Source: Actinomycetota bacterium
GTDB lineage: Bacteria > Actinomycetota > UBA4738
Reading direction: 5' to 3'
Length of the DNA stretch: 64,000 nucleotides
Assembly (NCBI GenBank): GCA_046726275.1
Contig: JBKPAF010000054.1
Location: 471 to 64,470 of the forward strand
In this document: positions 36,615 to 45,002 of the stretch, one piece after another
How the letters are laid out: every line of letters starts with the position of its first letter
Position numbering within the stretch: position 1 is the first letter of the stretch
Translations under genes and position numbers: made by a program
The notes under the pieces: model-generated
The model's database searches: none
Told to the model about the DNA's origin: nothing
What the model saw: only the letters and a program-made list of their open reading frames with translations

Positions 36615-38064
36615 TCCCGTGACCCCGGGATCGGTCCGGTGCCGTATCGCCCCCGCCCCCACGGGCTACATGCACGTCGGGAACGCCCGGACGGCCCTGT
36701 ACAACTGGCTGTTCGCGCGGCATCACGGCGGGGTGTTCATCCTCCGGGTCGAGGACACCGACCGGAAGCGTTCCACCGAAGAGGCCATCGCCATCGTCAC
36801 GGACTCGCTCCGGTGGTTGGACATCCGGTGGGACGAGGGCCCCGAGGTAGGGGGCGAGTTCGGCCCGTACCGGCAGACCGAGCGGCTGGCCATCTACGAG
36901 GAAGCAACTGAACGCTTCCTCCAGGAGGACCGGGCCTACTTCTGCTACTGCACTCCCGAGGAGCTTGAGGACCGCCGGCGCGCGGCGCTCAAGCGCGGGG
37001 AGACCCCCGGGTACGACGGACGGTGCCGCAATCTCACCGCCGCCGAGCGCCGGGCGTTCGAGGCCGAGGGCCGCCCCAGAGCCGTCCGTTTCGCCATGGC
37101 GGGAGAAGACATCAAGGTTCACGACCTGATCAGGGGCGACTCCGACTTCCCCGCGAACGACCTCCGGGACTTCGTGATCATGCGGAGCGATGGCACGCCC
37201 ACCTACCTCCTGGCGGCGGCCGTGGACGACGTGAAGATGCAGATGACGCACGTGATACGGGGAGAGGACCTCCTGCCCTCCACTCCCCGTCAGCAGGAGA
37301 TCATCCATGCCCTGGGCGCCACGCCGCCCGCCTACGCGCACCTCCCCCTCATCGTGGGACCGGACCGCCAGCCCCTGTCCAAGCGCCACGGTTCGGTGGC
37401 GGTGGAGTGGTTCCGCGAGCAGGGATTCCTCCCCGAGGCTCTGGTGAACTATCTGGCCCTGTTGGGATGGTCCTTCGACGAGACCAGCACGTTCTTCAGC
37501 CGGGAGGAGCTCCTGGAGAAGTTTGATCTCGCGCGGGTCTCCCGCAACCCCGCCGCCTTCGACGACGAGAAGCTTCGGTGGATGAATGGCCACTACATCC
37601 GCGAGGCGGACGACGCGAGGCTCACCGAGCTGCTGGTCCACGCGCTGTTCCAGGAAGGCCTGGAGACCGACCTTCAGACCGTCGCCGCGGCGATCCCTCT
37701 GGTGAAGACCCGGATGCACACGCTGAAGGAAGGGGCCGCCCTGATCAGGTTCCTCTTCGTCGAGGAGGTCGAGCCCGACGACAAGGCCCGGAAGATGCTC
37801 GGGCCGGAGCGTGCCGATTACCTACTGGAGGTGGCGTCCCGGTTGGAGGCCGTGGGAGAGTGGAGCCACCAGGAGATCGAGAAGGCTCTCCGCGACCTGC
37901 AGGCAGAGCGCCAGCTTTCCTCCACACAGGCCTTTCAGCCGATCCGCGCGGCCGTCACCGGCACGTTGGTGTCCCCACCGCTCTTCGAGTCGATCGAGCT
38001 CCTGGGGCGGAACCGCACGCTGGACCGGCTGAGGAAGGCAGCAGGCGCCGGGACTCCACCGTAG
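36607..38064 (+). CDS. gltX: Glutamyl-tRNA synthetase
   Basis: Track ORF of 485 aa. Motifs: RIAPAPTGYMHVGNARTALYNW (HIGH-type), RVEDTD, LSKRHG (KMSKS-type). Confidence 0.95.
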   Translation: MTDPVTPGSVRCRIAPAPTGYMHVGNARTALYNWLFARHHGGVFILRVEDTDRKRSTEEAIAIVTDSLRWLDIRWDEGPEVGGEFGPYRQTERLAIYEEATERFLQEDRAYFCYCTPEELEDRRRAALKRGETPGYDGRCRNLTAAERRAFEAEGRPRAVRFAMAGEDIKVHDLIRGDSDFPANDLRDFVIMRSDGTPTYLLAAAVDDVKMQMTHVIRGEDLLPSTPRQQEIIHALGATPPAYAHLPLIVGPDRQPLSKRHGSVAVEWFREQGFLPEALVNYLALLGWSFDETSTFFSREELLEKFDLARVSRNPAAFDDEKLRWMNGHYIREADDARLTELLVHALFQEGLETDLQTVAAAIPLVKTRMHTLKEGAALIRFLFVEEVEPDDKARKMLGPERADYLLEVASRLEAVGEWSHQEIEKALRDLQAERQLSSTQAFQPIRAAVTGTLVSPPLFESIELLGRNRTLDRLRKAAGAGTPP

Positions 38065-38091
38065 CGAACAAACGCCAGGGCCGGCGAGCGG

Positions 38092-38814
38092 TCACCTCAG
38101 GAACAGTCCCGCGACGATGTTGATGGTCATCGCGACCACTCCCGTCCCGAAGACGAACGATAGAAAGGCGTGGCGCAGGATCGTCATGCGGATGGACTTG
38201 GAGCTCACGTCGGTGTCGGACACCTGATAGGTCATCCCGACGGTGAAGGCCAGGTACGCGAAGTCGCCGTAGTCGGGCGGGCGGTCGTCCTTGAAGTCGA
38301 TCCCGCCCCCATGGAGGTAGTAGAGGCTCGCGTACCGAAGGGTGAACACCGTGTGGACGGCTCCCCACGCGAGAACGAGGCTCAGGGACGCGACCGCTGT
38401 GGTCAGCCCCCTGACGGCGCCCGTCTCTCCATTCGCTTTTAGCAGCGCCAGGGCGACCCCGACCAGGCTGGTCAAGCTTGCCGCGATCAGGACGAGGTCG
38501 GACGCAGCTCTGGAGTCGTCCTCGATCGTGGCAACCCTTGCGGTCTCCGCACCGTCCAGGCGTCCGATGCTGAGCCAGACCCACCCGATGAAGACGACGG
38601 CGGCAGCGTTCCACCCCGAGAGCACGGCTACCTGCCACGACGTCAGGAAGATCGAGATGCCCAAGGCGATGAAGCCTGCGGCGAAGGACACCGCCACCCG
38701 GGCCCGCGCGGAAACGTGCGCGCGCTCGATGCGGCCGTCGCCGACGCTCCGCTTCTCGGTGCCCAATACATCCACGATACGCCCAAGCCCGGGGCTGGAC
38801 CCGGCTCCGTGCAT
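38092..38814 (-). CDS. DUF1345-family membrane protein
   Basis: Track ORF 38092..38841; ATG 38814 is preferred. It has 5-6 TM helices. The C-terminal block RYASLYY...GGIDF...PPDYGDFAYLAFTVGMTYQVSD is as I remember for DUF1345. Confidence 0.7.
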   Translation of the reverse strand: MHGAGSSPGLGRIVDVLGTEKRSVGDGRIERAHVSARARVAVSFAAGFIALGISIFLTSWQVAVLSGWNAAAVVFIGWVWLSIGRLDGAETARVATIEDDSRAASDLVLIAASLTSLVGVALALLKANGETGAVRGLTTAVASLSLVLAWGAVHTVFTLRYASLYYLHGGGIDFKDDRPPDYGDFAYLAFTVGMTYQVSDTDVSSKSIRMTILRHAFLSFVFGTGVVAMTINIVAGLFLR

Positions 38815-38833
38815 CGGGCACGTCCGGATGCGC

Positions 38834-38854
38834 AGTCCCAACGGGATTCGAACC
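38834..38854 (-). repeat. 21-nt exact copy of the tRNA-Glu 3' end (T-loop to acceptor 3' strand); att-like distal repeat
   Basis: agtcccaacgggattcgaacc is identical to 49542-49562 of the intact tRNA-Glu gene and in the same orientation. It sits in the 44-nt gap between the DUF1345 start and the serine-hydrolase stop. Confidence 0.75.
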
Positions 38855-38857
38855 GGC

Positions 38858-40033
38858 TCATCCCCGAGCCGCGTCCCTCAGGACCTTTGTCAGTATCTCC
38901 ACTTGGCCGAAAGGATCCTGCGTCGATGCACCGGCCGTGTTTGCCTGGACCGAGATGACCACGCCTTCCTCCGGCAGCGCCACGAGGAGGATCGAGGAGC
39001 AGCAGGTCGAGGCGGAACTCGCTCCCTCGTGGCCGACGGCGAGGGTTCCGTAGGAAACGGAGAAGTCGAAGACTCCGAGCCCGTACCTCATGTCGCAGCA
39101 CGGGTCTTGATAGAAGTCGGTCATCTCCTCAAGGGAGGGGTCGGCAAGCACGAAGCCCCCGTACAGCTCGTAACCCCACCTGGCCAGCGACGCAGGCGTC
39201 GACTCCACCCCCCATCCGTCGGCGGCCAGGGCATCCTCGACCGTGTAGACAAGCCCATCGAGGGCAGGGTTGTCGAGGACGTCCGAGCGCAGGACTTCAG
39301 CCAGGGGGCGCCCGGTGGCGCGCTCGATGATCGTTCCGAGCAGGACGTAGTTCGTGCTCGCGTAGCGAGTCTCGGACCCCGGCCGAATCTCGGGTTCGGG
39401 CAGCCTCCTGAACACCCCGACGGCGGTGGATGCCCGCTCGGCCGGGTAGAAACCCCCTTCCGGCGTAAACTCGTCCAGATCAGGGATGCCGCTGCGCATC
39501 GCCAACACCTGTCGGATAGTGGCTCCGTTCGCGTCGAAGAACCGCAGTTCGGCGGGAAGATGGTCCGAAGCCTGATCATCCAGGCCTAGCTTGCCTTCCT
39601 CGACCAGGCGGAGGACCTGGGCGGCGACGACAGTCTTGCCTGCGCTGTGTGTGGGGCTGCGTGAGTGGGGGGTCAGAGGAATGCCGTCGAGCGACCCGGC
39701 AGCCCCGGCCCAGCTTCCGCGGTCGGCGAGGATCACTGCGGCGGTGACCCCTGTGAACGTGCCCTCATCGACGGCCTCATCGAGCGCTGCCTGGAGCGCT
39801 TCGGCTATCGGCCCCGGGAGGCGCCCATCGGGGAACGGGGGGAACTCCCCGAGTGCATAGGTGGGAGGAGCGTCAGGTCCTGTGTCCGGACTGCCCTCGC
39901 GAGCCGCGGTCGCCGGGGTCGACGAAGAGCTGCAGGCCGCACCTACGAACGCGAGGATCGATACGACGCTGATCACTCCGCGAGTCGTGGACCAAGTTCG
40001 AGATCGGCGGTCCGCCTTCTCGGTTCTGTGCAT
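38858..40033 (-). CDS. Beta-lactamase-fold serine hydrolase, lipoprotein
   Basis: In-frame ATG at 40033 (AAGGAG upstream) in track ORF 38858..40135. Motifs: lipobox ILAFVGAAC-SS, S-x-x-K (THSAGKTVV), Y-x-N (YASTNYVLLG). Confidence 0.8.
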   Translation of the reverse strand: MHRTEKADRRSRTWSTTRGVISVVSILAFVGAACSSSSTPATAAREGSPDTGPDAPPTYALGEFPPFPDGRLPGPIAEALQAALDEAVDEGTFTGVTAAVILADRGSWAGAAGSLDGIPLTPHSRSPTHSAGKTVVAAQVLRLVEEGKLGLDDQASDHLPAELRFFDANGATIRQVLAMRSGIPDLDEFTPEGGFYPAERASTAVGVFRRLPEPEIRPGSETRYASTNYVLLGTIIERATGRPLAEVLRSDVLDNPALDGLVYTVEDALAADGWGVESTPASLARWGYELYGGFVLADPSLEEMTDFYQDPCCDMRYGLGVFDFSVSYGTLAVGHEGASSASTCCSSILLVALPEEGVVISVQANTAGASTQDPFGQVEILTKVLRDAARG

Positions 40034-40275
40034 CTCCCCGCTCCTTTCGCGTCTCGGCGGAGACTTGACGACGTCGTCCTCGACCTGCACGGGTCCATGG
40101 ATGCTCGTGGGAGCCGGTTCGTTTAGGTCAGGCATGGTCCCCGTCGCCGCGGGCGAAGGGACGTGCCGATTGGGGCAAGCTAGTAGGCCGTTCGCGCAAT
40201 ACTTCCTGTCCGAATGCCTCGCCCAAAGGACGCGCCGAGAGCAGACATATTCGGCAACCCGCCTACCTGGTGGAG

Positions 40276-40767
40276 CTATCCCTGGCTGTAGGACGAACGA
40301 GCGAACTCAAGGAACCCGATGTCCCCCGGTGAATGGCCAGCTTGGGTCAGCAAGACGGCTGCGTCGCTGAACTGCTGGATCGCGTGACTCACCAGGTGGA
40401 TGACGTAGTACCAGAGCGGAAGGGGGTTGTCCCCCGGAGGCGGGATCGCGAGCTGCTCGTTCGTAAGCCCGGTGACCCACTGTCGCATCTCGAGTTCGTC
40501 CCGACGCCAGTGATCGGTGATGGAATCAGCGGTCGGGTAATCGTCCGGATTGAGATCCGGCTCTGGTCCAAAGGAACCCGTGCGGAGGCGCTCGCGCCAG
40601 CTCCACTGGACATCCAATTCATGGACCAATGTCGCACGGAGATTACGCGTGGTCACGACATCCGAGGCCGCGAGCTCATCGAACGAAAGGCCCGCAGCCG
40701 CCGCGAGGACGCGATCGCGAAGCCAGTAGAGGTAATCAAAGAGGACCCGGACATCATCGGCACGCAT
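40276..40767 (-). CDS. DinB-family protein
   Basis: Track ORF of 163 aa. It looks like a four-helix DinB pattern with conserved His positions (LVHELDVQW, VIHLVSHAIQ) and the N-terminal FDYLYWLRDRVL. Confidence 0.7.
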   Translation of the reverse strand: MRADDVRVLFDYLYWLRDRVLAAAAGLSFDELAASDVVTTRNLRATLVHELDVQWSWRERLRTGSFGPEPDLNPDDYPTADSITDHWRRDELEMRQWVTGLTNEQLAIPPPGDNPLPLWYYVIHLVSHAIQQFSDAAVLLTQAGHSPGDIGFLEFARSSYSQG

Positions 40768-40981
40768 CGATTGAGTCTAGCCTGCAACCGGGTTCGGGAA
40801 GACAGCTCTCCATGCCACCACAACACGCAGCGAATGGTTCTCTGCGAACACTGGCCATAGAACCGCTTCGAGGTAGGAGGGGTGCAGTGAACATGAACGA
40901 GGAGCACCGTCTAGAGCGCGCCAGGCTTGCCGAGGCGATGCGCAAGGCGGCTGCCCATCGGCCCGATCATGACAGGCCGCC

Positions 40982-41644
40982 GTGGTGCTATCGCTGCCGT
41001 TCGCCGGTTCCTGGGTGGCGGTGAACACGCCGGCGCGGAAGGTGCCGAGCCATGGCACGCACTTCCTGGGACAGACTTTCGCGATCGACTTTGTGAAGGT
41101 GGACAGGCGGTCACGAACGGCCACCGTTCGAGACTGGCGAACCGTGATCGCGATCGAGCCGCTCGACCGGTTCCTTGGATTCGGGGACCCGATCCTCGCG
41201 CCGGCGAATGGGCGAGTGGTCACCGTCCACGATGGAGAGGAAGATCATGCGGCGCGGCGCTCGCCGCTAACTGTGATCCCGTACCTCCTGACCCAAGGGG
41301 TGAGGCTCCGCCGTGGGCTGGGCGCGGTTACCGGCAATCATTTGACCTTGGCACTGGGTGAGGATGGGCCGTTTGTCAGTCTGGGGCACCTCCGCCGGGG
41401 TTCGCAGGAGGTGCGACCAGGTGACCGGGTCGAACTGGAACAGCCGATCGCAGCCTGTGGCAGCTCTGGCAACAGCACCCAGCCACATGTGCACGTTCAA
41501 GTTATGGATTCCCCCGATCTGCTTGCGTGCCGAGGCCTGCCCATGGCCTTTCGCGAGTACCTGGCGTGGCGGCCCGGCGCGGACGAACCACAACGCATCA
41601 GTCAAGGCGTCCCTGGCTTCCGCGAGAGGGTTGAGGCTACCTAG
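40982..41644 (+). CDS. M23/LytM-like metallopeptidase domain protein (divergent first metal motif, no signal peptide)
   Basis: Track ORF of 220 aa. GSSGNSTQPHVHVQV matches the M23 HxH signature. The upstream PSHGTHFLGQTFAIDF replaces the canonical HxxxD. Confidence 0.55.
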   Translation: MVLSLPFAGSWVAVNTPARKVPSHGTHFLGQTFAIDFVKVDRRSRTATVRDWRTVIAIEPLDRFLGFGDPILAPANGRVVTVHDGEEDHAARRSPLTVIPYLLTQGVRLRRGLGAVTGNHLTLALGEDGPFVSLGHLRRGSQEVRPGDRVELEQPIAACGSSGNSTQPHVHVQVMDSPDLLACRGLPMAFREYLAWRPGADEPQRISQGVPGFRERVEAT

Positions 41645-41841
41645 CCAAGCAAGCTACGGGGGGTGGCGCGGTGCGGAAATGTCCCTCCTACGAGGGCTTG
41701 TTATCTGTTGACGGTCAGGAATCCGCACGGACGCGCTATCGGTTGCGCTCGTTTCCGAGCCTCTCCCGGGCTCTGAGCCATTACGAGTGAGCCATTCGTC
41801 CGTGGGCGAGTGTTCCGGAAATGTCGCTCCAGCCTCGGAGA

Positions 41842-42351
41842 TCAGCCAGCCGAGGGCAAACGTTCCGCCCGAACGGCCAGGACCGTCTCGTATTCGTGAG
41901 CAGTGATCCGAACGACGCCCGTTGGGAAGCCGGCCTTGGCATTCGCCTGGACCCGAGGGTTCGACTCTGTCGGGTCGATTCGCGGCAGGACGGCATGCAT
42001 CGGCACCGGCGGATCCCATTCCTCGACTTGCGCGAGCATCACTCCGCTTGGAGAGTCGCCGAGGTATATCTGCGCCTCGGACGGTGTCCATTGACGGACG
42101 GCTGAGCCAAGCTCGGCGCGACCGATGAACGCTCGCTCCGGTTCCGCCAGATAGATGAGAATGAGGTCACCTGGGGCGAGCGCGTCGCAGTGCGTCTCGT
42201 CGGCATCGACGCCCCACAGCTTGACTCGCAAGGACGCAGCGGCTTGTTCGCTTAGCGATCCCCCCTTCGCTGCGTGCCTCTTTGAGAAGTTGAACAGGTA
42301 GTGGCCCACTCCCGAAGCGTACTCCGGGCTGTCGCAGGACCCTGCTTCCAA
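41842..42351 (-). CDS. PUA-like (EVE/ASCH-type) domain protein, tentative
   Basis: Track ORF of 169 aa. The pattern HYLFNFS...LWGV...LAPGDLILIY...RAFIGRAELGS...GVMLAQVEEW resembles EVE/PUA-fold beta-barrels. This is recognition by eye only. Confidence 0.35.
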   Translation of the reverse strand: MEAGSCDSPEYASGVGHYLFNFSKRHAAKGGSLSEQAAASLRVKLWGVDADETHCDALAPGDLILIYLAEPERAFIGRAELGSAVRQWTPSEAQIYLGDSPSGVMLAQVEEWDPPVPMHAVLPRIDPTESNPRVQANAKAGFPTGVVRITAHEYETVLAVRAERLPSAG

Positions 42352-42354
42352 GCT

Positions 42355-43582
42355 CTACCGATCCCAGTCGACCACTGCGCGAAACAGCGGAGCCCGCTCG
42401 GTGATCCCCTTCAGCACGATAACGTCAGCCTGTTCGAACTTCACCTTGGGGCTGTTCACGGAATCCCGTACTGCCTCGCTCACCAGCACCTCGCCCGGCC
42501 CGGCAGCCTGGGCCAGACGGGAGGCCAGGTTAACTGTTCGTCCGAACAGGTCGAGGTCGCGCTCGATCAGGGGGCCGGCGTGGACTCCCGCACGGCTCGG
42601 GAGTTTGCCATGGACGTTCAGGGCCTCGACCAGGGCCAGGGCGGCCATCAGCCCCCGCTCTGCGTCGGGGAACCGGAGCATGGCGCCATCGCCCAGGAGC
42701 TTCACCAGCCGCCCGTCGTTCGCGGTCGCCACGGCCTCCGCCTCTCGCGGAAGGGTCGAGGCGAACCTCACGGCTACCTCGTCTCCGTGCTCCTCCGTCA
42801 GCCGCGTGTATCCCGTGAGGTCGACGAAGACCACCGCGGGCGGTGCCGACGGCTGCGGGGGAGGAGCCAGCCCTCGGGCGGCGAAGAACTCCTCGAACCC
42901 TTCCACGATGCCCGCCATGCTGCGCTGCTCGAGGTATTGCTGAAAGAGCCATTCCATCATCCAGGGGAGAAGGCTCAGCACCGTAACGATGGTCTCCCGA
43001 GCCTCCTCGGGGGACCGTTCGATCTCTCCGCTATAGAGACGCTCTCGGACTGGCCCGGCAACCTGCTCAACGAAGAGCTCAACCCACCCCGAGCGTCGCC
43101 ATACGAGTACCCTCGGCGAGAAGTCGGGCTGCCCTGACCAGTGTGTCGTCACTCCGAGCGGGGCTCCATCCCTTGAGGAACTGTTGGAGCCGCTCCTCTT
43201 CGTCGGTGTGGATGGGCGATGAGGGGTCGGGCTGGGGCAGCCCCAGTGACGCATACACGGCCGGGAGGAGCGACGCCCTCGGACCAGCGGTGGCCATGAA
43301 ATCGGCGAAGGTTCGCTGGGACCGAGGGCCCGGCTCCACCACCAAGTACTCGTCCACGCGATCGAGGTTGACGTGCCCCTCGGAGACTGCCCACTCGACT
43401 TGTTGCGAAGTGAACCCGGCCCCCAGAAGGGCAGCAACGAGCTTGGCTCGGAAGACATCGCCGAACCGGAAGGCTCCCGGCTCACGAGGCTTGAGGATCC
43501 CGATACTAAGCAACCACTCGATGCGGTCCAAGGAGACGCCGGCATCCTCAGCGACCTCCTCCGCGGAGAAGGTCCTGATCAC
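42355..43582 (-). pseudogene. MerR-like HTH + class III adenylate/guanylate cyclase, split by a 1-nt frameshift at a C4/G4 run (about 43084-43090)
   Basis: Track ORF 43079..43582 holds the HTH (FSAEEVAEDAGVSLDRIEWLLSIGIL) and a helical region, ending ...TLGVG*. The adjacent frame (42355..43086 onward) continues WVELFVEQ... into the cyclase core VVFVDLTGYTRLTE...KLLGDGAML...RAGVHAGP...GRTVNLASR. The two frames overlap at cggggtgggttga. Confidence 0.55.
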
Positions 43583-43702
43583 ACAGGGATTCTAGAAGGG
43601 GATGCTTTTGGCCCCGTGATAGGTGCTTCTGGGACCTGAGCGATGCTGTTCTTCGGTTGCTGCTTGCGGAACCGACTCCTTGGTTTAGGAGTAAGGGAGG
43701 GT

Positions 43703-44629
43703 ATGGACACACGCCCAGTCATTCCCATGGCCACAGTGCTTCTGCTCGCGGCTTGCTCCGGTGGCTCGGCACCGCACCGTCCTGACCCAACGGTGAAACC
43801 GAGGGCATCTTCCTTCACCGCGACAGGCACGCGATCGGCCGTTACCCTACTGTCGGGCCGCATCGTCTTCGACAACTTCCACGACGTCTGGTCTATCAAC
43901 GCTGACGGGACGGACCTTACCCGGCTCACCAAGTCACCCTGGCCCGAGTTCGACGCCACGTGGTCCCCGGACGGAACTCGGATCGCCTTTCGCTCCGAGC
44001 CCAAAGGGGATCAAGAGATCTGGCTCATGAACGCAGACGGATCCGGACCTCACCGGCTGGCTCGTGGCCTCTCTCCGGCCTGGTCTCCCGACGGCTCGAA
44101 GATCGCGTACGCGAGCCCCGGGGACATCCCGTGTCCTCCCGGCCGAGGACTCCGGTGCACAGGGGTCTCGATCATGAACGCCGATGGCTCCGGCCGGCAC
44201 CGCATACCGAACACCGACGGAGGCGAATACCCCTCGTGGTCCCCCGACGGGGAACGGATCGCCTTCAACTCCAACCTCTCCGGCGATCATGTGATGTACA
44301 TCGTCAACGTCGACGGTTCCGGGCTGGTGGACCTCTCCAGCGTGGGAGAGGGATGGCAGGTCGACTGGTCCCCTGACGGTCGCTCCATCCTGTTCACCTC
44401 ACATCGAGACCATCCGGACAACTACACAGACATCTACGTGATGCGCCCGGACGGGTCGGGAGTGAAACGGCTGACACACAATCGCGGGTACACGCCCGCC
44501 TGGTCTCCAGATGGCAGCCACATCGTGTTCTCCGCCCCGGCGCTCTTCGTGATGCGAGCGGATGGCTCCGGCATCACTTCGCTACCGGTCGATGGAGTTG
44601 GGGAAACGTCCCTGCCGGACTGGCTGTAA
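43703..44629 (+). CDS. TolB-like PD40 beta-propeller lipoprotein
   Basis: In-frame ATG at 43703 (AAGGGAGG upstream) in track ORF 43643..44629. Lipobox LLLAAC-SG. Five W-S-P-D-G repeats: ATWSPDGTRIAF, PAWSPDGSKIAY, PSWSPDGERIAF, VDWSPDGRSILF, PAWSPDGSHIVF. Confidence 0.8.
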   Translation: MDTRPVIPMATVLLLAACSGGSAPHRPDPTVKPRASSFTATGTRSAVTLLSGRIVFDNFHDVWSINADGTDLTRLTKSPWPEFDATWSPDGTRIAFRSEPKGDQEIWLMNADGSGPHRLARGLSPAWSPDGSKIAYASPGDIPCPPGRGLRCTGVSIMNADGSGRHRIPNTDGGEYPSWSPDGERIAFNSNLSGDHVMYIVNVDGSGLVDLSSVGEGWQVDWSPDGRSILFTSHRDHPDNYTDIYVMRPDGSGVKRLTHNRGYTPAWSPDGSHIVFSAPALFVMRADGSGITSLPVDGVGETSLPDWL

Positions 44630-44680
44630 TCTGCGGGATCTTGCGGGATCGGGGCCGGCCTGAGAGTGCGTCTGCGCTGG

Positions 44681-44726
44681 TAGTCCCAACGGGATTCGAA
44701 CCCGTGTATTCACCTTGAGAGGGTGA
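44681..44726 (-). repeat. 46-nt partial tRNA-Glu copy (anticodon arm to discriminator); att-like repeat / displaced tRNA 3' half
   Basis: 43 of 46 nt are identical to 49541-49586. The first 27 nt are exact, then a 15-nt block is exact. Two of the three differences form a compensatory pair closing the anticodon stem: TCACC/GGTGA versus CCACC/GGTGG. No matching tRNA 5' half lies upstream. Confidence 0.8.
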
Positions 44727-45002
44727 TTCAGGGGTGCAGGCCAGAGGCTCGATAGCCTCCCTGACCGGGTCGCCGCCGTGCTTACGGGGCTTGTCGCGGG
44801 GGCATTCGGCCAATCGCTCGGACAGTCTCTTGCCTGCATCGACGGGGCGCGAGGCGTCCTTCACGCTGAGCGCCTCGCGACGAAGCCCACGGAATGTACG
44901 CCCGCACCACCTCGGGCCCCGATGCGGTGCTTCCCCCTGGCGGCCGGAATGCGTCGCCTGTAGGGTCGTCCGAGATCTGCTGATCGCGAGGATCGAGGGG
45001 GC

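Larger units (their letters stand above)
38855..44680. mobile_element. Degenerate, integrase-less genomic island (older insertion at tRNA-Glu, T-loop sublocation)
   Basis: It is bounded by the 21-nt and 46-nt tRNA-Glu 3' repeats. GC is visibly lower than in flanking core genes. Cargo is heterogeneous, with mixed strands and one frameshifted gene. Confidence 0.45.

Noticed and set aside
40886-41024. A 43-codon ORF (MNEEHRLERARLAEAMRKAAAHRPDHDRPPWCYRCRSPVPGWR) overlapping the M23-like gene start. It could be a leader peptide or a frameshifted N-terminus.
   Set aside because: It has no family signal and only a weak, distant SD. The M23-like domain appears complete from GTG 40982. The evidence is insufficient to call either a gene or a frameshift.
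44681-44760. A possible second, complete tRNA-Glu gene at 44.7 kb.
   Set aside because: Only the anticodon arm to the 3' end is conserved. The upstream sequence cannot form a matching acceptor 5' strand or D arm. I treated it as an att-type partial copy.
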